Positions 1 through 13,381 of a DNA stretch of 64,000 nucleotides are shown here, one piece after another. Position 1 is the first letter of the stretch. The number at the start of each line of letters is the position of its first letter. Under the pieces are notes generated by a model, which ran no database searches, was not told the DNA's origin, and saw nothing but the letters and a program-made list of their open reading frames with translations. The stretch is from the NCBI RefSeq assembly GCF_009914755.1, contig NC_060928.1, one strand, 5' to 3'. Source of the stretch: the human T2T-CHM13v2.0 reference genome, Homo sapiens. Both the position numbers and the translations under genes were made by a program.

Positions 1-237
1 CAATGAATATCTTTCTATATACATTCTGACGCATTTGTAAGAAAGTATTGTGATAGATTTTCAGTGTAAATGCTGTTAAAATATTCATATTCTATTTTTA
101 AAATAGAAAGAAAATATGTCATTAAAATTTTTAAATGCTTTTCTATCTCAAAAATGCTTAGAAAGTCACAAGTGTTCCAAGCCCAAGTCTAAAAGAATCA
201 TAATCAAGTTAAACTTTCACCTGTTTCTTCCAGAATT

Positions 238-274
238 GTGTGTGTGTGTGTGTGTGCACGCATGTGTGTGTGTG
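238..274. repeat. Interrupted (TG)n/(CA)n microsatellite
   Basis: tgtgtgtgtgtgtgtgtgtgcacgcatgtgtgtgtgtg. Confidence 0.95.
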
Positions 275-309
275 AATAACACCGGATTGCCTTTCTTCAG
301 TGGGCTTAC

Positions 310-388
310 CTCTCCATATAAAATATGCAGATTTTTCTGGTTCTCATAAAAAATGTTATAGGTCTTCAATAAAGAATTAAGTTGTTCC
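310..388 (-). CDS. RASSF6: RASSF6 exon 3 (79 nt), (R)[26 protein letters not shown]; gene continues beyond the window start
   Basis: Acceptor ttttttttatttttag|GGAACAA and donor GGAGAG|gtaagc. In frame with exon 2. Confidence 0.95.
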
Positions 389-834
389 CTAAAAATAAAA
401 AAAATTAATTACAATCAGTCTTAGAGTTTTTAACGTAAAAGGTGATAATGGTACTTTCATAAAGGTATGAGATAGAAAGAAATAGTTTAATGGAATCTTT
501 ACTGTTCTGTCACTTTAACTTAACATAAGTCATTGGAAGTGGAAGCATTCTTAAAATATCAGCAAATGTTGAAGTTGCTAATTCATAAATAAATAACCAA
601 AGGTGGGAAATGACTGAGGACAAAAATGGTGAGAACAGTGTTCTGTAGCAGGAGGCAGCCACGAAACAGGAATTTGGTTTCATATTCCTTTTTGTATTTC
701 AACATTTTTAACCAACCTAAATTAAGCACTGGTGTGTGGCTGATACCATCTCTCTATACACTACTCCCTCCTGTGTCCCCAGGGCATGGGATGGGACACC
801 AGTGCCCCAACTCTCCAAATCTGTGTTCCCTTGT

Positions 835-925
835 GTAAGTCACTTAGTATCCCTGAATTTCCACAGCTGTGAAATGAAGGTGATCTGTCCTACTTGCCGG
901 GGCTGTTTAGACTATTAAAGGCAAC
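835..925 (+). mobile_element. MIR fragment
   Basis: aagtcactta...tttccacagctgtgaaatg...cctacttg...gggctgttt...attaaa resembles the MIR core. Confidence 0.5.
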
Positions 926-1324
926 CACAGAAGTCAAAGATCCCAGCTGGCTGGGTGAAGCAACAGTAAGCAAAGGCTCATTGTTACTGTGGCAGGGGAG
1001 CTTCTCTCCTGGCCTGCCCCACACAGCTGACAATGGCAGACTTTGGCCAGGAAAGTTTGTAGGGGAGGAGCCCTCTACCTTTCCGCCCTTCTAGCTGGGT
1101 ATCAAGATCTGAGACCAGATGTGCTGGTGAGTGACTCAGCGCTTTCTTGCCTGGAAACTCCTCCCTGTGTCTCCCACTGGGAAAACAGCTGTGGTAAGGA
1201 ATGCTCCTGACTTATCTCACCCTTTGTGGCAGGTGGGCCCTGGCAGTGGGAACACTGGCTCTTACCATACCTCTATTCTATCTTTCTCTCAGTGTCTCTA
1301 TGTCTTGAGATGCTCCTCTTGAGA

Positions 1325-1975
1325 TGATCATCATTTCTCACTTGGATTATTGCAGCAGCCTCCTAAAAGCCTCCCTGTATCTGTTGTTTACTCTCAACAG
1401 CAGAAACTGTTTTAATGCAAACCTGACCATCTCTCCTCTTTGCTCAGAACTCTTCAATGTCTTCTTGTTTTTCAGATTAAAAGCCAACATCCTTACAATG
1501 GCTTAAAAGGCTGGATGCAACTGGTCTTCTGTTACCTCTTTCATCTCATTTCCTCCCACCCTTCCCTCACTTCATGCAACCACCAGCCTCCCTGGTGTTC
1601 CTTGGCCACTCCAGACAGATTCTCATCTTGGGGCCTTTGCACTTGCTGATCCCTCTGCCCAGAATGATATTCCCCCAAACGTTCACCTTGCCAGCTCATT
1701 CATCTTCTTTAATTATTTAATCAAAAGTCATCTTCTCAAGAAGTCCTTCCTGATCACCCAATCTAAAAGTTCACCTTCTCCCAGCATTTCATATCTTGAT
1801 TTTCTCCTCTGCCCCTGTCCCTGAGTCACCTTCTATATATTTTACTTATTTCCTTATGTTCTGTCTCCTCCATTGAATGTAGCTCCAACAGGGCAGGGGT
1901 ATGTATGCATTTTGTTCACACTGTATCCTGTGCCTGGAAGAGTACTTGGTACATAGCAGGACAAATTCTGGTTGA
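1325..1975 (+). mobile_element. L2 3' portion
   Basis: atcatttctcacttggattattgcagcagcctcctaa ... gggcaggggt...ttttgttcac...tgcctggaagagtacttggtacatagcagg (L2 3' end). Confidence 0.75.
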
Positions 1976-2134
1976 CTAAAATTATCGGGAAATATTCATT
2001 GCCTAAACAACAATAAACAAAGGAAGAAAAGCTTTCTCATATAAGCGGTTTTATAAAAAAAAAAAAGACCCAACAAGTCATGATATTAAAATTCCAAGTA
2101 TTTCAATTGCTAAAATCCCTTTGATCCTCAATAT

Positions 2135-2265
2135 CTGTCTCTGTCTCATAAGAAAATGAGAGGGCAGGGAGTTTGGTCCACTTTATTCACTCCTGTGTTC
2201 CTGGTTCTCAGAGCAGAAACTTGCTCACAGTAGGCTCTTCTTCAATAAATACTGAATATTGAATG
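2135..2265 (+). mobile_element. L2 3' end fragment
   Basis: tgagagggcaggga...ttattcact...cacagtaggctc...caataaata...tgaatga. Confidence 0.65.
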
Positions 2266-2897
2266 ACAGAATTTATATATACTGACTGTTACATGTTTGA
2301 AATCAGGTAAGCATGTATGTTGCCATTGGCTTTTTCTCACTTGTAATTTTCAAGGTGTACGTTTCCAAGGTTCAATACACTTCACACAATTGCCATAAAA
2401 AAGATCCTCCTGAAGTCCTCCATACTGTTGGTTCATTTCCCAAATGGATTACTTTCCATTTTTAATGTTAATGAACATGTCTCTTCTAAATATCATTGGT
2501 CACACTGATTTTGTTCTCCTGGGGTCATTGTCATAGGATATTTCCTAAAAATTATACTACTGGCCAAGAACATGAACATGATTTATAGCACTCATTGTTT
2601 AGTGCCAGAACACTATTAAGAAATTTCACCATAAAGAAATTTTACTGTAAAGAAACTTCAGGGACACTTGGGATGCAACTCCTGATATGCTGAGCTGTGA
2701 GAGTTGTTATGAAAGCAAATGGAGCCTTACATAATCTTATTCCCTCAGCTTCTGCTTCTGATAAAAGTACATTACATAGTAGAGTATGAGCAGCCTTTAA
2801 AGTGTTTACTTCAGGATCATGTGCAGTTGGAAAATGTTTCTGAACCTGAATAGAGCCTGACTAAATCCTCAACTGAAATAAGTCTACAAATGACATA

Positions 2898-3105
2898 AGG
2901 AGTTGGCAGATGGTGGTCCCAGGCTGCCTGTTTTTGTAAACAAAGTTGTATTGGAATATCACCACACTAATTTGTCTGCTCATTGTCTATGTCTGTTTTT
3001 CTGTTATAACTGCAGAGATGAGTAGTTGTAACAGAAATCATATGACCTACAGAGCCTGAAATATTTCTAATCTGGCTCTTCGCAGAGAAAGTCTTCCAAT
3101 CTGTA
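2898..3105 (+). mobile_element. MER58A-like hAT-Charlie MITE
   Basis: ctgcctgtttttgtaaacaaagttgtattggaa...gagtagttgtaacagaaa...gcctgaaatattt...atctggctctt. Confidence 0.75.
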
Positions 3106-3559
3106 ATCCACTGTGTAATACAGGGTAGCTGGATACCATAGAAGTATTTTTCTCACCATGAGTAGAATCTTTTTGATTATTAATTGGATTTTGAAGGATT
3201 TTGGAGTGTTGAAGATTAGAGCTCAGTAAACTAAAGTATTGGAGTAAAATTAGGTAAATTAGTGGTGCAATACAAAGCAAGGAATTAGAAAAGAAAATTT
3301 AGAAGTTGCCTGAACAAATTATAGCAATGGTGAATGTTGTCCAAACATTTCTTTTAATCGTGTGTACACCTTACCAGAGAAACTTTTGAAGATGATTAGT
3401 TTATGTACCTGATGAAACAATATGTCTAATATAACCTTGAAAATACAATGTATGTCTGTAACATTCTAATTTAACTTGGCATTAGGGGAACAGCAAGGTG
3501 AAGAATTACTGTTAAGTTGATCATCTGTGTCTATTCACATTACACCATCCCACAGAAGG

Positions 3560-4120
3560 TCATTTATTGAACATGATACAGTTGCTGTGTGAGCACAGTC
3601 AAGAGGCCTCAGTCATGCTGGGAGGGTGGGTGAGAGCTTTAAGGAATAGATGTTGCCTACGGTGAACCTTGGTTGGTGAGAATTAAACAGGAAAAGAAGA
3701 ATGTAAAGAGTTTACCTGGCAAAGAAACAACATGAAAAGGGACATGTAGCTATTTCTATAGTTCACAGAAAAAAACTCAAGAGTTGGGATTCCAAGAATG
3801 CAACATGTAAAATGGGGAATGCTGAGCAATGAATGAGCCCCGTGAACCATTTTAAGAAACTTGGAATTCACTTCGCAGGCAATGGGCAGCTATTGAAGAT
3901 TCTAGGCAGGTGAAAGACATGATGATACTAAGGATCACTAGGTAGAATGTGAAAGATAGATTTCAGTACGAGACAAGATAGAGCCAGCAAGATGAGTGAG
4001 ACCACTGCAACACTAGTGTGGTAGAGGTGCAGAAATGAGGCTGATGTTCCACGGAAAGGTGAACAAATGTGCCATGTCTATAGAAGGTTCTAAAGTCCAG
4101 AAGGGACCTATAATAATTAC
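3560..4120 (-). mobile_element. Degraded L2
   Basis: catttattgaaca at the start; caatgggcagctattgaagattctaggcagg...gacatgat is typical of antisense L2. Confidence 0.55.
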
Positions 4121-4480
4121 AGGCATTGTATGGTTTAGAAGAACCAAAGGCAATCACTAAAGTGTTATCTGGGCAGTCCCTAATCAATAAGAGGAGCCCT
4201 GATTTAATATACACTGTTGCCTGTCAGTGGTAATTTTAACAGATTTTTTTAGGGTCCACCTAAGTGTTACATGCGGACCCCCTCAAAAAGAATTTGTGCA
4301 CCTTTCTCCCTCAAACCTGTAAAAGTTCACCTTCCAACATGATCAGACGGCTTAGCATAAACTGTTTGATGGCCCTTAAAATACTTTAAAATGGGTGATA
4401 AGAAATGGATTCTATGTCCAGTTTTCCAGTTTACAAGTCTGTGATGTCCAAGGCACGCCCAAGAAATAGACACAAGTTTC

Positions 4481-4808
<328 letters not shown>

Positions 4809-5893
4809 TCACACTTTTATATGTGAGACACAAAAAATTGATTTTCTAGGAAAGAGCCTTGGTTTTTGGAACGTGAAACACTGTATCACAATATGTAACA
4901 AGGGTGTTTTTAAACATCATCAAACACTATATAAGGATGGTGTTTTCACTAAACTGAAGAAAACCAAACTTCCATATAAACTGGACTTCTATCTAAATGA
5001 ACTGTAAATTATAAGTTTCTCCAGGATAGAAGTTGGCACCCTGCCACAAGCAGTGTGGAGAGAGAATCCTGGTATAAGCCGATGAATACCCAGGATTCTT
5101 CATCATGGCCCTGGAAGAGAGCTAGCCAAGGAGAGACTGACCTTGGTGGGGGGCAGGTCAGGGGGAGGGATGCTGAGGGGATCCCAGGGTCCTGTTCCTT
5201 TAAGGCTCCAGCTTGGTTTTAATGAGTAATAGTGGACCCAGAGTTTACTGTAAAATGCTCTGGTGTACTTTGTACTTTGTGGCCTGAATTGCAGCTGCTC
5301 AGCCTATGGGAATTACCCGCATTCTGACGTTTGCCATGAATAATGTACTTAGCATGAAATGAGTTCCTCAATCTTATCAGGTATTTGGCTGGCTGGAAGA
5401 AACTTTTTATTTAATTTTATAAAACTGTAATATACATGAATGTGGGATAGGATTATGGGTGGAAGTGAATTATGTCTCATATCCATAGATAGAGTGGATG
5501 TCAAATATTAGTTGTACTAAGAGATTTTTTTCCTCTTGTTTTAATAATGACTTACAGCATAATTAAGTGGCCATCCTAGTCCTTCCCTAAAAGGCAAAGA
5601 ACCCTGTCCTAGTCTTTACAAAGTGATTCTTACAGTTTGAACCCACTAAGGACAAAGCATAAATATTGTCATATGCCGTCACCCTACACAAACTTGAAAG
5701 ACTTCCGTGTGATACAAATGAACCTCAGGGGAAAATACACTCAACGAGGTTGCCAAAGGCATGTTTATCCCCTGGCTGTGCTTCCTGAGTTTGTATTACT
5801 TCTGCTTCTTGGAGACTTGCTGAAAAATGTTCATGGTTCCAATTAAGCAGCCACTGAGCTGCTTAGTGACAACAACATTAAGAACAACATTTC

Positions 5894-6185
5894 ATCCCAG
5901 CACTTTGGGAGGCCGAGGTGGGCGGATCACGAGGTCAGGAGATGGAGACCATCCTGGCTAACATGGTGAAACCCCATCTCTACTAAAAAATAGAAAAAAA
6001 TAGCCAGGTGTGGTGGCCGGCGCCTGTAGTCCCAGCTACTCGTGAGTCTAGGCAGAAGAATGGCGTGAACCCGGGAGGTGGAGGTTGCAGTGAGTGGAGA
6101 TCACACCACTGCACTCCAGCCTGAGCGACAGTGAGACTCTGTCTCAAAAAAACAAAACAAAACAAAACAAAACAAAGCAAAACAA
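5894..6185 (+). mobile_element. 5'-truncated AluY/Sc-type element with (AAAAC)n tail
   Basis: atcccagcactttgggaggccgagg...cacgaggtcaggagat...gaatggcgtgaaccc. Confidence 0.95.
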
Positions 6186-6549
6186 CCATTCCACTGTGTG
6201 TGTTGCCATGTTTAAGAGCAGGAACCAAGAATATTTGAAACAGACTTCAGCAGGTGAAAAACTGAGGAAGAAAAGGATAGTGCTAATTAGTTCTCTTGCA
6301 CAGGTTTTCTTTTTCCCACTGATTTTGTTCACGATATTAAATTTTAGCAGTGAAGCTATTTAACAATTTCATATGTCAGGTTCAAAAAGCTGAATTTAGA
6401 ACTTTATAGTTTTATAAAATAACTACAAAATATTAAAGTTAAACATATTAAACATTACATTAAATATGTAAAGGTAACAAATTATTTGCTGGGAATTAAG
6501 GTTGTGATTTTTATTTCCTATGTTATAATTCTATATACCTTATAAATCA

Positions 6550-6877
<328 letters not shown>

Positions 6878-7426
6878 TAAGAAACGTGTGATACTTTCAT
6901 GATATTTTTTAGGTTCATAAAAATGTAATATACACTCTTGTATGTTTTTGGAAAGATGGAATCAGGAAATATGAGGACGCAGAAGAGAACTGAATAAAGC
7001 CTTGTCATCAAGCTATTTGCCAAGATAAATCATCATTCCATATTAATGATGTCTGTAATAGAAGCAGAATTCTCCAAACCCATTTTATCCTTTATTCCTG
7101 TCCATTTGAATCCTGGAATTAAAATTACAAGTTTTGGCTCCTCTTTCATAAACAGCCATGGCTCCAGGTCTTTTCGCTTTTGGCCTCATCTGGTTCAAAT
7201 GATGAAGAAAGAATGCTTTTCAATCTTTGCATAGAGACCCTCCTCAGCTAGGAAAGTAGGTTATTCGCATTTCCTTTGCAAATGAAGGGACTGAGTTCCA
7301 AAGTCTGGAAACTGAGAAATTTGTGGAGAAGTAGTCTATCTCGATTGAAGCAAAAATGCAAACCCTGAATGATCAGAAAGCTCTGAATTCTGTCTCACTC
7401 TTCCAACTTCAAATACCTGAGGATTT

Positions 7427-8200
7427 TTCCCTTTTTTCTGCAGCCTCGCCAACATATGTTATTTTTTGACTTTTTTATAAAAGCCATTCTGTCTGGTGTG
7501 AGATGGTGTCTCACTGTGGTTTTGACTTGCATTTCTCTGATTAGTGATGATGAGCATTTTTTCATGTTTGTTGGCTGCTTGTATGTCTTCTTTTGAGAAG
7601 TGTCTGCCCATGTCTTTTGGTCACTTATACACTGTTGGTGGGAATGTAAATTAGTCTAGTCACTGTGGAAAGCAGTTTGGAGATTTTTCAAAAATCTAAA
7701 AGTTGAACTACCTTTCAACCCAACAATCCCTTTACTGGATATAGACCCAAAGGAAAATAAAACATTCTACCAAAAAGACATACACACCCCTGTGTTTATC
7801 ACAACACTATTCACAATAGCAAAGACATGGAATCCACCCAGGTGCCCATCTGTGCTGGATTGGATAAAGACAATGTGGTACATAGACACCATGGAATACT
7901 CTGTAGCCATAAAAAAGAGCAAAATCATGTCCTTTGCAGCAATATGGATGCAGCCGGAGGCTATTATCCTAAGTGAACTAATAGAGAAACAGAAAATCAA
8001 ATATTGTATATTCTCACTTATAAGTGAGAGTTTAACACCGGGTACACATGGACACAAAGATGGGAACAATGAGCACTGGGGACCACTAGATGCAAGAGAG
8101 AGGGAAAGCGGCAAGGGCTGAAGAGCTATCTATTGGATACTATGCCGACTACTGGGATGATGGGTTCATCCGTACTCCAAACCTCAGCATCATGCAAAAT
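7427..8200 (+). mobile_element. Truncated old primate L1 (L1PA13-16/PB-like) with 5' inversion
   Basis: 7427-7620 is antisense ORF2-end sequence; 7622-8200 is sense ORF2 end plus 3'UTR. ORF 7792-8121 (MFITTLFTIAKTWNPPRCPS) is the ORF2 C-terminus. Confidence 0.9.
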
Positions 8201-8769
8201 AGAGACAAGGGAATGGAGCAATTAGGCTGGTACTTAGCTCATATTTGGGTCTTGCTTCTCATTTGTCTGTGGTTTAGCCTTTCATTTCCTGTTTTTCTGA
8301 GACAAGCCTTATAGTTTTTTTTTTTTTTTAAAGCCAGTTGAAAAGTAAACACAGGTGTGCCACACAACAGTAAGCATTATGGGAGCAGATGGAAACTTGC
8401 TGTAAAATTACACCCTTTGTGTATGAACAGATAGGGACTTCTGTGCTTATTGAGAATGAGTAACTTGACTTCACACTCTGATGCCCCTTGCTCCCTTGGG
8501 AGGGAGAAACTATCCTATTTAATGAAGTCTTTCATTTATTGTAGCGATATGCCTTTCAGCCCCCTGGACATTTGGGATTGTTACTAGAGGGTCTGAAACA
8601 CAACAAGGAGCCAGTGATTCCCAGGGCCATCAACCTGAGCACGAGCCTGAAAACGGGAGACTTCCTGACACACAGGCTCTTACACTCACTGGCTCTGACT
8701 TTGTTCTTCAGTAATGCTGCCATGACTTTCACCACTGGTTATCTTTACATTCAACAAAAAAATAATAAG

Positions 8770-9250
8770 CAAACTCCTTGCTGCTATTCAGAGGATCCTC
8801 CAGACATTCTCCACACTAAATCCAGAGTATGTAGAATGTATCTAATCATATCATCTGCTTTGTTAACATCTTTAAATGTCTTAAATGTCTTTCCATTGCT
8901 CTTGGGATAAAACCCCCACACCGTTATGGCAGGTTAAGTCCTGTTTGGTCTCTCTCCTGCCTTCCTCTTCAGCCTCCTTTCAAGAGACATTTTCCCTGTG
9001 TCCTGCACCCCAGCACCCTGGGCACCTTTCACTTGTTGGAACTCTTTGCTCCATGGCTGTAAGGATTTCTGGCAGATTTCCTGTGTCAGAAACACTCTTC
9101 CACCCACTGTCCTGAACTTTGATAGCTCCTTCTTAGTCAGATCTCTGTACAAACATTGTTTCTAGGGAAGCCTTCTTGGAACTCTTGTTTAAACTAGGGC
9201 TTTGTTCTTTCATAGAACTGGGTTCCTTCCCTCAGAATACATGTCAGTTT
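8770..9250 (+). mobile_element. Degraded L2
   Basis: cattctccacact...atctaatcatatca...ttccattgctctt...tagggaagccttc L2 signature phrases. Confidence 0.55.
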
Positions 9251-9267
9251 GTTTCAGGCCTTTAGAT

Positions 9268-9445
9268 CTATGTGGATCTCAAAGTGTGATCCCCAGACCA
9301 GCAGCATCTGTACCACCTGGGAACTTAGACATGCAAATATTCAAAACACCCTAGAACTCCTGAATCAGAAACTCTGGGGATGGAGCCTAGCAATCTTTCT
9401 TTTAAGATGGTGGTTCTGCTAAAGGCTCAGGTTTGAGCTACAGCT
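9268..9445 (+). mobile_element. MER5A DNA-transposon MITE
   Basis: tctcaaagtgtgatccccagaccagcagcatc...acctgggaactt...atgcaaat...tgaatcagaaactctgggg. Confidence 0.85.
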
Positions 9446-9480
9446 TCAGATTGCAAGCTCCACAAGAGTAGGACAGCTAA

Positions 9481-9735
9481 CTCCTCTCCTCTCCTCTCCT
9501 CTCCCCTCCCTACCCCTCCTCTCTACTCTTCTTCCTCTGCTCTCCTCTCCTCCAACCCCTCCCCTCCCCTCCTCTCTACTCTTCTTCCTCTCCCCTTCTC
9601 TCCTCTCCTCTCCTCTCCTCCATCCCCTCCCCTCCCCTCCTCTCTACTCTTCTTCCTCTCCTCTCCTCTCCTCCATCCCCTCCCCTCCCCTCCCCTCTCC
9701 TCTCCCCCTTCCTCTCCCCTCTTCCTCCTCCTCCT
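9481..9735. repeat. Compound (CCTCT)n/(CCCCT)n polypyrimidine tract
   Basis: ~250 bp of nearly pure C/T, with the block ccctcctctctactcttcttcctct present three times. Confidence 0.95.
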
Positions 9736-11557
9736 TGCTTATGGTATGCTCTCAAAAGTTATTTGTGTAGGGAATACAGCATAGAAAATTCACGAATCCA
9801 GAAATTGAAATAAATTCCATACATGTGATATATTTCTGGAGTCTGAACTTCTGGAGTCTCATAGAAAATCATTGGATTTTCTCTGAGAACATTTTTAGAT
9901 TATCTTGGGCAGACAAATGATCTCATCGTTTTTAAACCTCCTTAATTGATAAAACAGGTAACTGCAAAGTAGATAAATTTTACTAGGAATAACAGATTAT
10001 TAAGTCATATTGATATGCTCAATGACTGTTGACAATATATGCTTATTGAAAAATATCAGATATAAAAAAACCTAATAAATGTCCTTCTTTCACATATCTC
10101 ATGATGACGTTATTGACCCTTTTGTGACAAAATAACAGATGTGATACCCAGTTTCTCATAATAATTTCTTTTCATTTCACTGGGTCATCAAACATGGATA
10201 ATGTGAATTTTTAAAAACAATCCCCATGTGGACAAAAATTCTAATTTTTAAAGTAGATGCTCCTAAATATGCGATTAAAATCCTCTGTCTCTGGCTTATT
10301 TTGAAATTCTAACTTTTTATACAAATAAGTCAGAACAGGCTCTCTTATACTTTAATTAAAGACAGGTATTCAGCGTTCTTCAGGAGAATGATGCCCTCCT
10401 CTTAGAAACTTACCTTCAGGACTCACAGGGGCATGCAGTGTTTGCTCCTATTCCTTTGATCAGGAGAAGACCCTGTATATGAAACCTGGGCAAACATTGC
10501 CTTCTGGCTGTACTGGCCAGGTAGAAGGCAGCCTCTGGAACACTGGCTCTTTGTGCTTAATTTGTGCTTAGAAGTGCAGGTGGCTGGTTCCTTTGTTTCA
10601 ACAAAGGTTGCTGGCCAACATGCTTGGAAAAAGAAACTGTTTGGAATAATGCACTTTCTGCTAAAATTTATTACATCATGTTAATTAAACTTACTAAGGA
10701 CAGGATTGTACACGTGCCTTTTGAGCTGCCCTTAGAAGAGGCATAGACTGCAAAGTTTTTATTAGGTTACTAAGTAGCAGAAAAAGTCTGATAGGTTCTG
10801 AGAGTGAAATCTGGTTGGCATTCTAAAACTGGATTTAAACTTCTCCATTAATTTTTTTTTAAATACATGGTTAGCATTTATTCACCTCTAAAGTGCCCAG
10901 ATTTCAGCCTATGACCTAAAGTGAAAATACTTTGAAAGTAACCATAAAAAACATTTATTTTTATTTTTTTCCACCCAGCTCACTGTGTGAAGCAGTGTGC
11001 AATGATGACTCCAGGCAATAAAACAGCAACTGGAAGCTTAGTCATTTCAGTACAAAGCTAACCTGTGCCAATACCCTTTGAACAGGGAAGTTTCTAAACT
11101 CAGAGAATTCTCATCCAGTAGTGGGATATAAACGTTATGTTTCCTACTATGCTATTATTAATATCAGGACCTCTTATTTTACTGATCATATGTAATCCTC
11201 ATGAAATTTGCTGAAACCAAAATTTTGATTATGAAGATTCTGCTTAACTATTAATTTCCATTCTTTTCATGTAGTTCTGTGCAGGAAAATAAAAATACCT
11301 CAATAAATTGCTAATTTTTGTCTTGTTTACCACAACAATGCCTAGTAAAGAGAGGGAGCTAAAAAACTACTTGCCAAGTGAATAAATGAGTAGGGGTGTT
11401 TGCCAGATTTGTGGTATGCTGGATATCATAGTTGGTCAGTGGCATTGTTATAATTTCTGGTGACAGCCTGGCAGAGATTTCCCCTAGCTCCAGGAATTTT
11501 GTTTATGTTAGGAGGTCAGAAGTTCTCAGAACTTTAATCCTTTCCTACGGTGAGAAT

Positions 11558-11687
11558 TTGTTCTCAGTACTTCAGTATGCATCAGAATCACATGATTAGT
11601 TCTGGGGTGAAGCCAAGGGTCTATACTGTGAACAGGCATCTGAGTCAGAAGCAGGTGGTCCATGGACCTCATTTTTAAGAAATGCTT
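11558..11687 (-). mobile_element. MER5-family fragment
   Basis: gcatcagaatcac...ctggggtg...gcaggtggtccatggacctcattttt. Confidence 0.55.
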
Positions 11688-11689
11688 CT

Positions 11690-12568
11690 TATTCAATCTC
11701 AAATGTAATGTGTCCAGAACTGAATTCTGGATCCTCAACTGCAAACCTGCTCCTCCTGTAGCTCCTGCTTCTCCTCATGATTTCAGAAAATGTTAACTCC
11801 ATTTTTCTAGATCAAAATTTTTAGAATTATCCTTGGTTATTCTCTTTCTCTCACACCCATGTCTAACCCTTCTGGAAATCCTATTGTGTTGGTCTTCAAA
11901 CTATATCCAGAATCTGACCATTGTTTTCTACCTCTACTGCTGCCACCTTGGTTCAAGCAACCTTCATCTCCACCCTGGACTGTCAGCTCCTTGGTAACTT
12001 CTCTGTTTCCACTCTTGTCCCCTCTCTACTCTGTTCTTAACACAGCAGCTAGACTGATATTGCCACTCATGTGCTCAATATCCTTCCACAGCTTCTCATC
12101 TTATTTAGTGGGAAAGATCAAGCCTCATAATGGCCTATCAAACCCTACATGTTCTGAGCCCATTTGGCTTCTTCTCCTGCTGTCTTTCTACTTCCATTTC
12201 CCCACACTGTTCTCCCTGACCCTTACAAATATGCATCTGCCTTAGGGCTGTGGAGTTGCCATTCCCCTTGCCTGGAATACCTGCGAAAGCTGCATGGCTT
12301 GCTTTCTCCCTTTCTGCAGGCTTTTCCTCCAGTGCTTCCCGCTCACTGAGGAAGGAACTAGGTTATATGCAATCAGAACCCTTTCCGCTCTCTATCTCTA
12401 GCACTCTTTACTCCATTTCCTCAGCATTTATCTTATGTATTGACTGCATCCCGACTTTATGATGTAACTCCATGAGAGTAAGGGTTTTGTTTGGTTCATT
12501 ACTGAATGCTCAGGGTCCAAAAATACACCTGCTCACAGTGAGTAATCAGTAAGTGTTTGAGGAATAAG
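11690..12568 (+). mobile_element. L2
   Basis: atctcaaatgtaatgtgtccagaactgaa...atatccagaatctgacca...ctccatgagagtaagggttttg. Confidence 0.8.
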
Positions 12569-13381
12569 TCAGTGGATCCTTTATCCTTTGCATCAGGTCT
12601 TTTTCCCACTGCTTATAGTTCATCCTTATCTTTCAGATGTGGCTTTATTTCCATATTTGATCATATTTGTTTCCTTCACTTTCCTACTGCCCAACCCTGC
12701 ATCATTCACTTCTCCTTCTCTCTGTCATTTATTTGGCTTTTTTCCTTTTTCCACCCCCCATAAGATTTGGGTCATGTTTCAGTACCACTTATTTTTTCAT
12801 GATTTCATCTCCTCTCAGCCCCCAGCCTCTGCTGTAGCTTGGCCAGTTTCAGTTTTCATCTCTACTCTTATAGCTTTTAAGCCCTTACTCTATTGTTCCC
12901 AAAGCAATATGAGATACTGTTTGCTGCGTACAAGAAAAGCTGTGGATGTTGGCCATATATTGCATAATCTAATGTCAAGAGGGAACCAGTAAAAATAAAG
13001 TGTCATGAGGAGCAAGGGATGGAGAGGTTAGGACAGGACATAATGTTTTTGGCCCTGGGGTTAATTCTTTAGAACTATCATTTATGAGAAGCCTTAGATC
13101 TTTCACCTAATGCTGCTCTTCAATATTATCCCAACTATTAAAACAGAAATGTTGCTTTTAATAAAGTAAAACCACTGTTAAACAAAATATTAGTGATTGT
13201 TCCATGAGAGTAAATTTGAGAGTCTTTAGGAACATACTTTTCCAACTTCTTATCTAGTATCTCTACTGATGATTCATATTATTGATCTTGTTGACCATAC
13301 ATCATGCTTAGAAAACTTTGACGGTATATTCCACAAATGACTGGTGAGTAGGACAATGTATAATATAAGGTGTGTGGTTAC

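Noticed and set aside
116-349. 77-aa plus-strand ORF with CVCVCV
   Set aside because: Translation of the (TG)n repeat, antisense to RASSF6 exon 3.
5308-5350. Near-consensus kB site GGGAATTACCC with a CRE half-site
   Set aside because: Imperfect isolated motifs, expected by chance in 64 kb.
10095-10200. ATGATGA box-C-like motif suggesting a snoRNA
   Set aside because: No properly spaced box D or terminal stem, and it is antisense to the host transcript.
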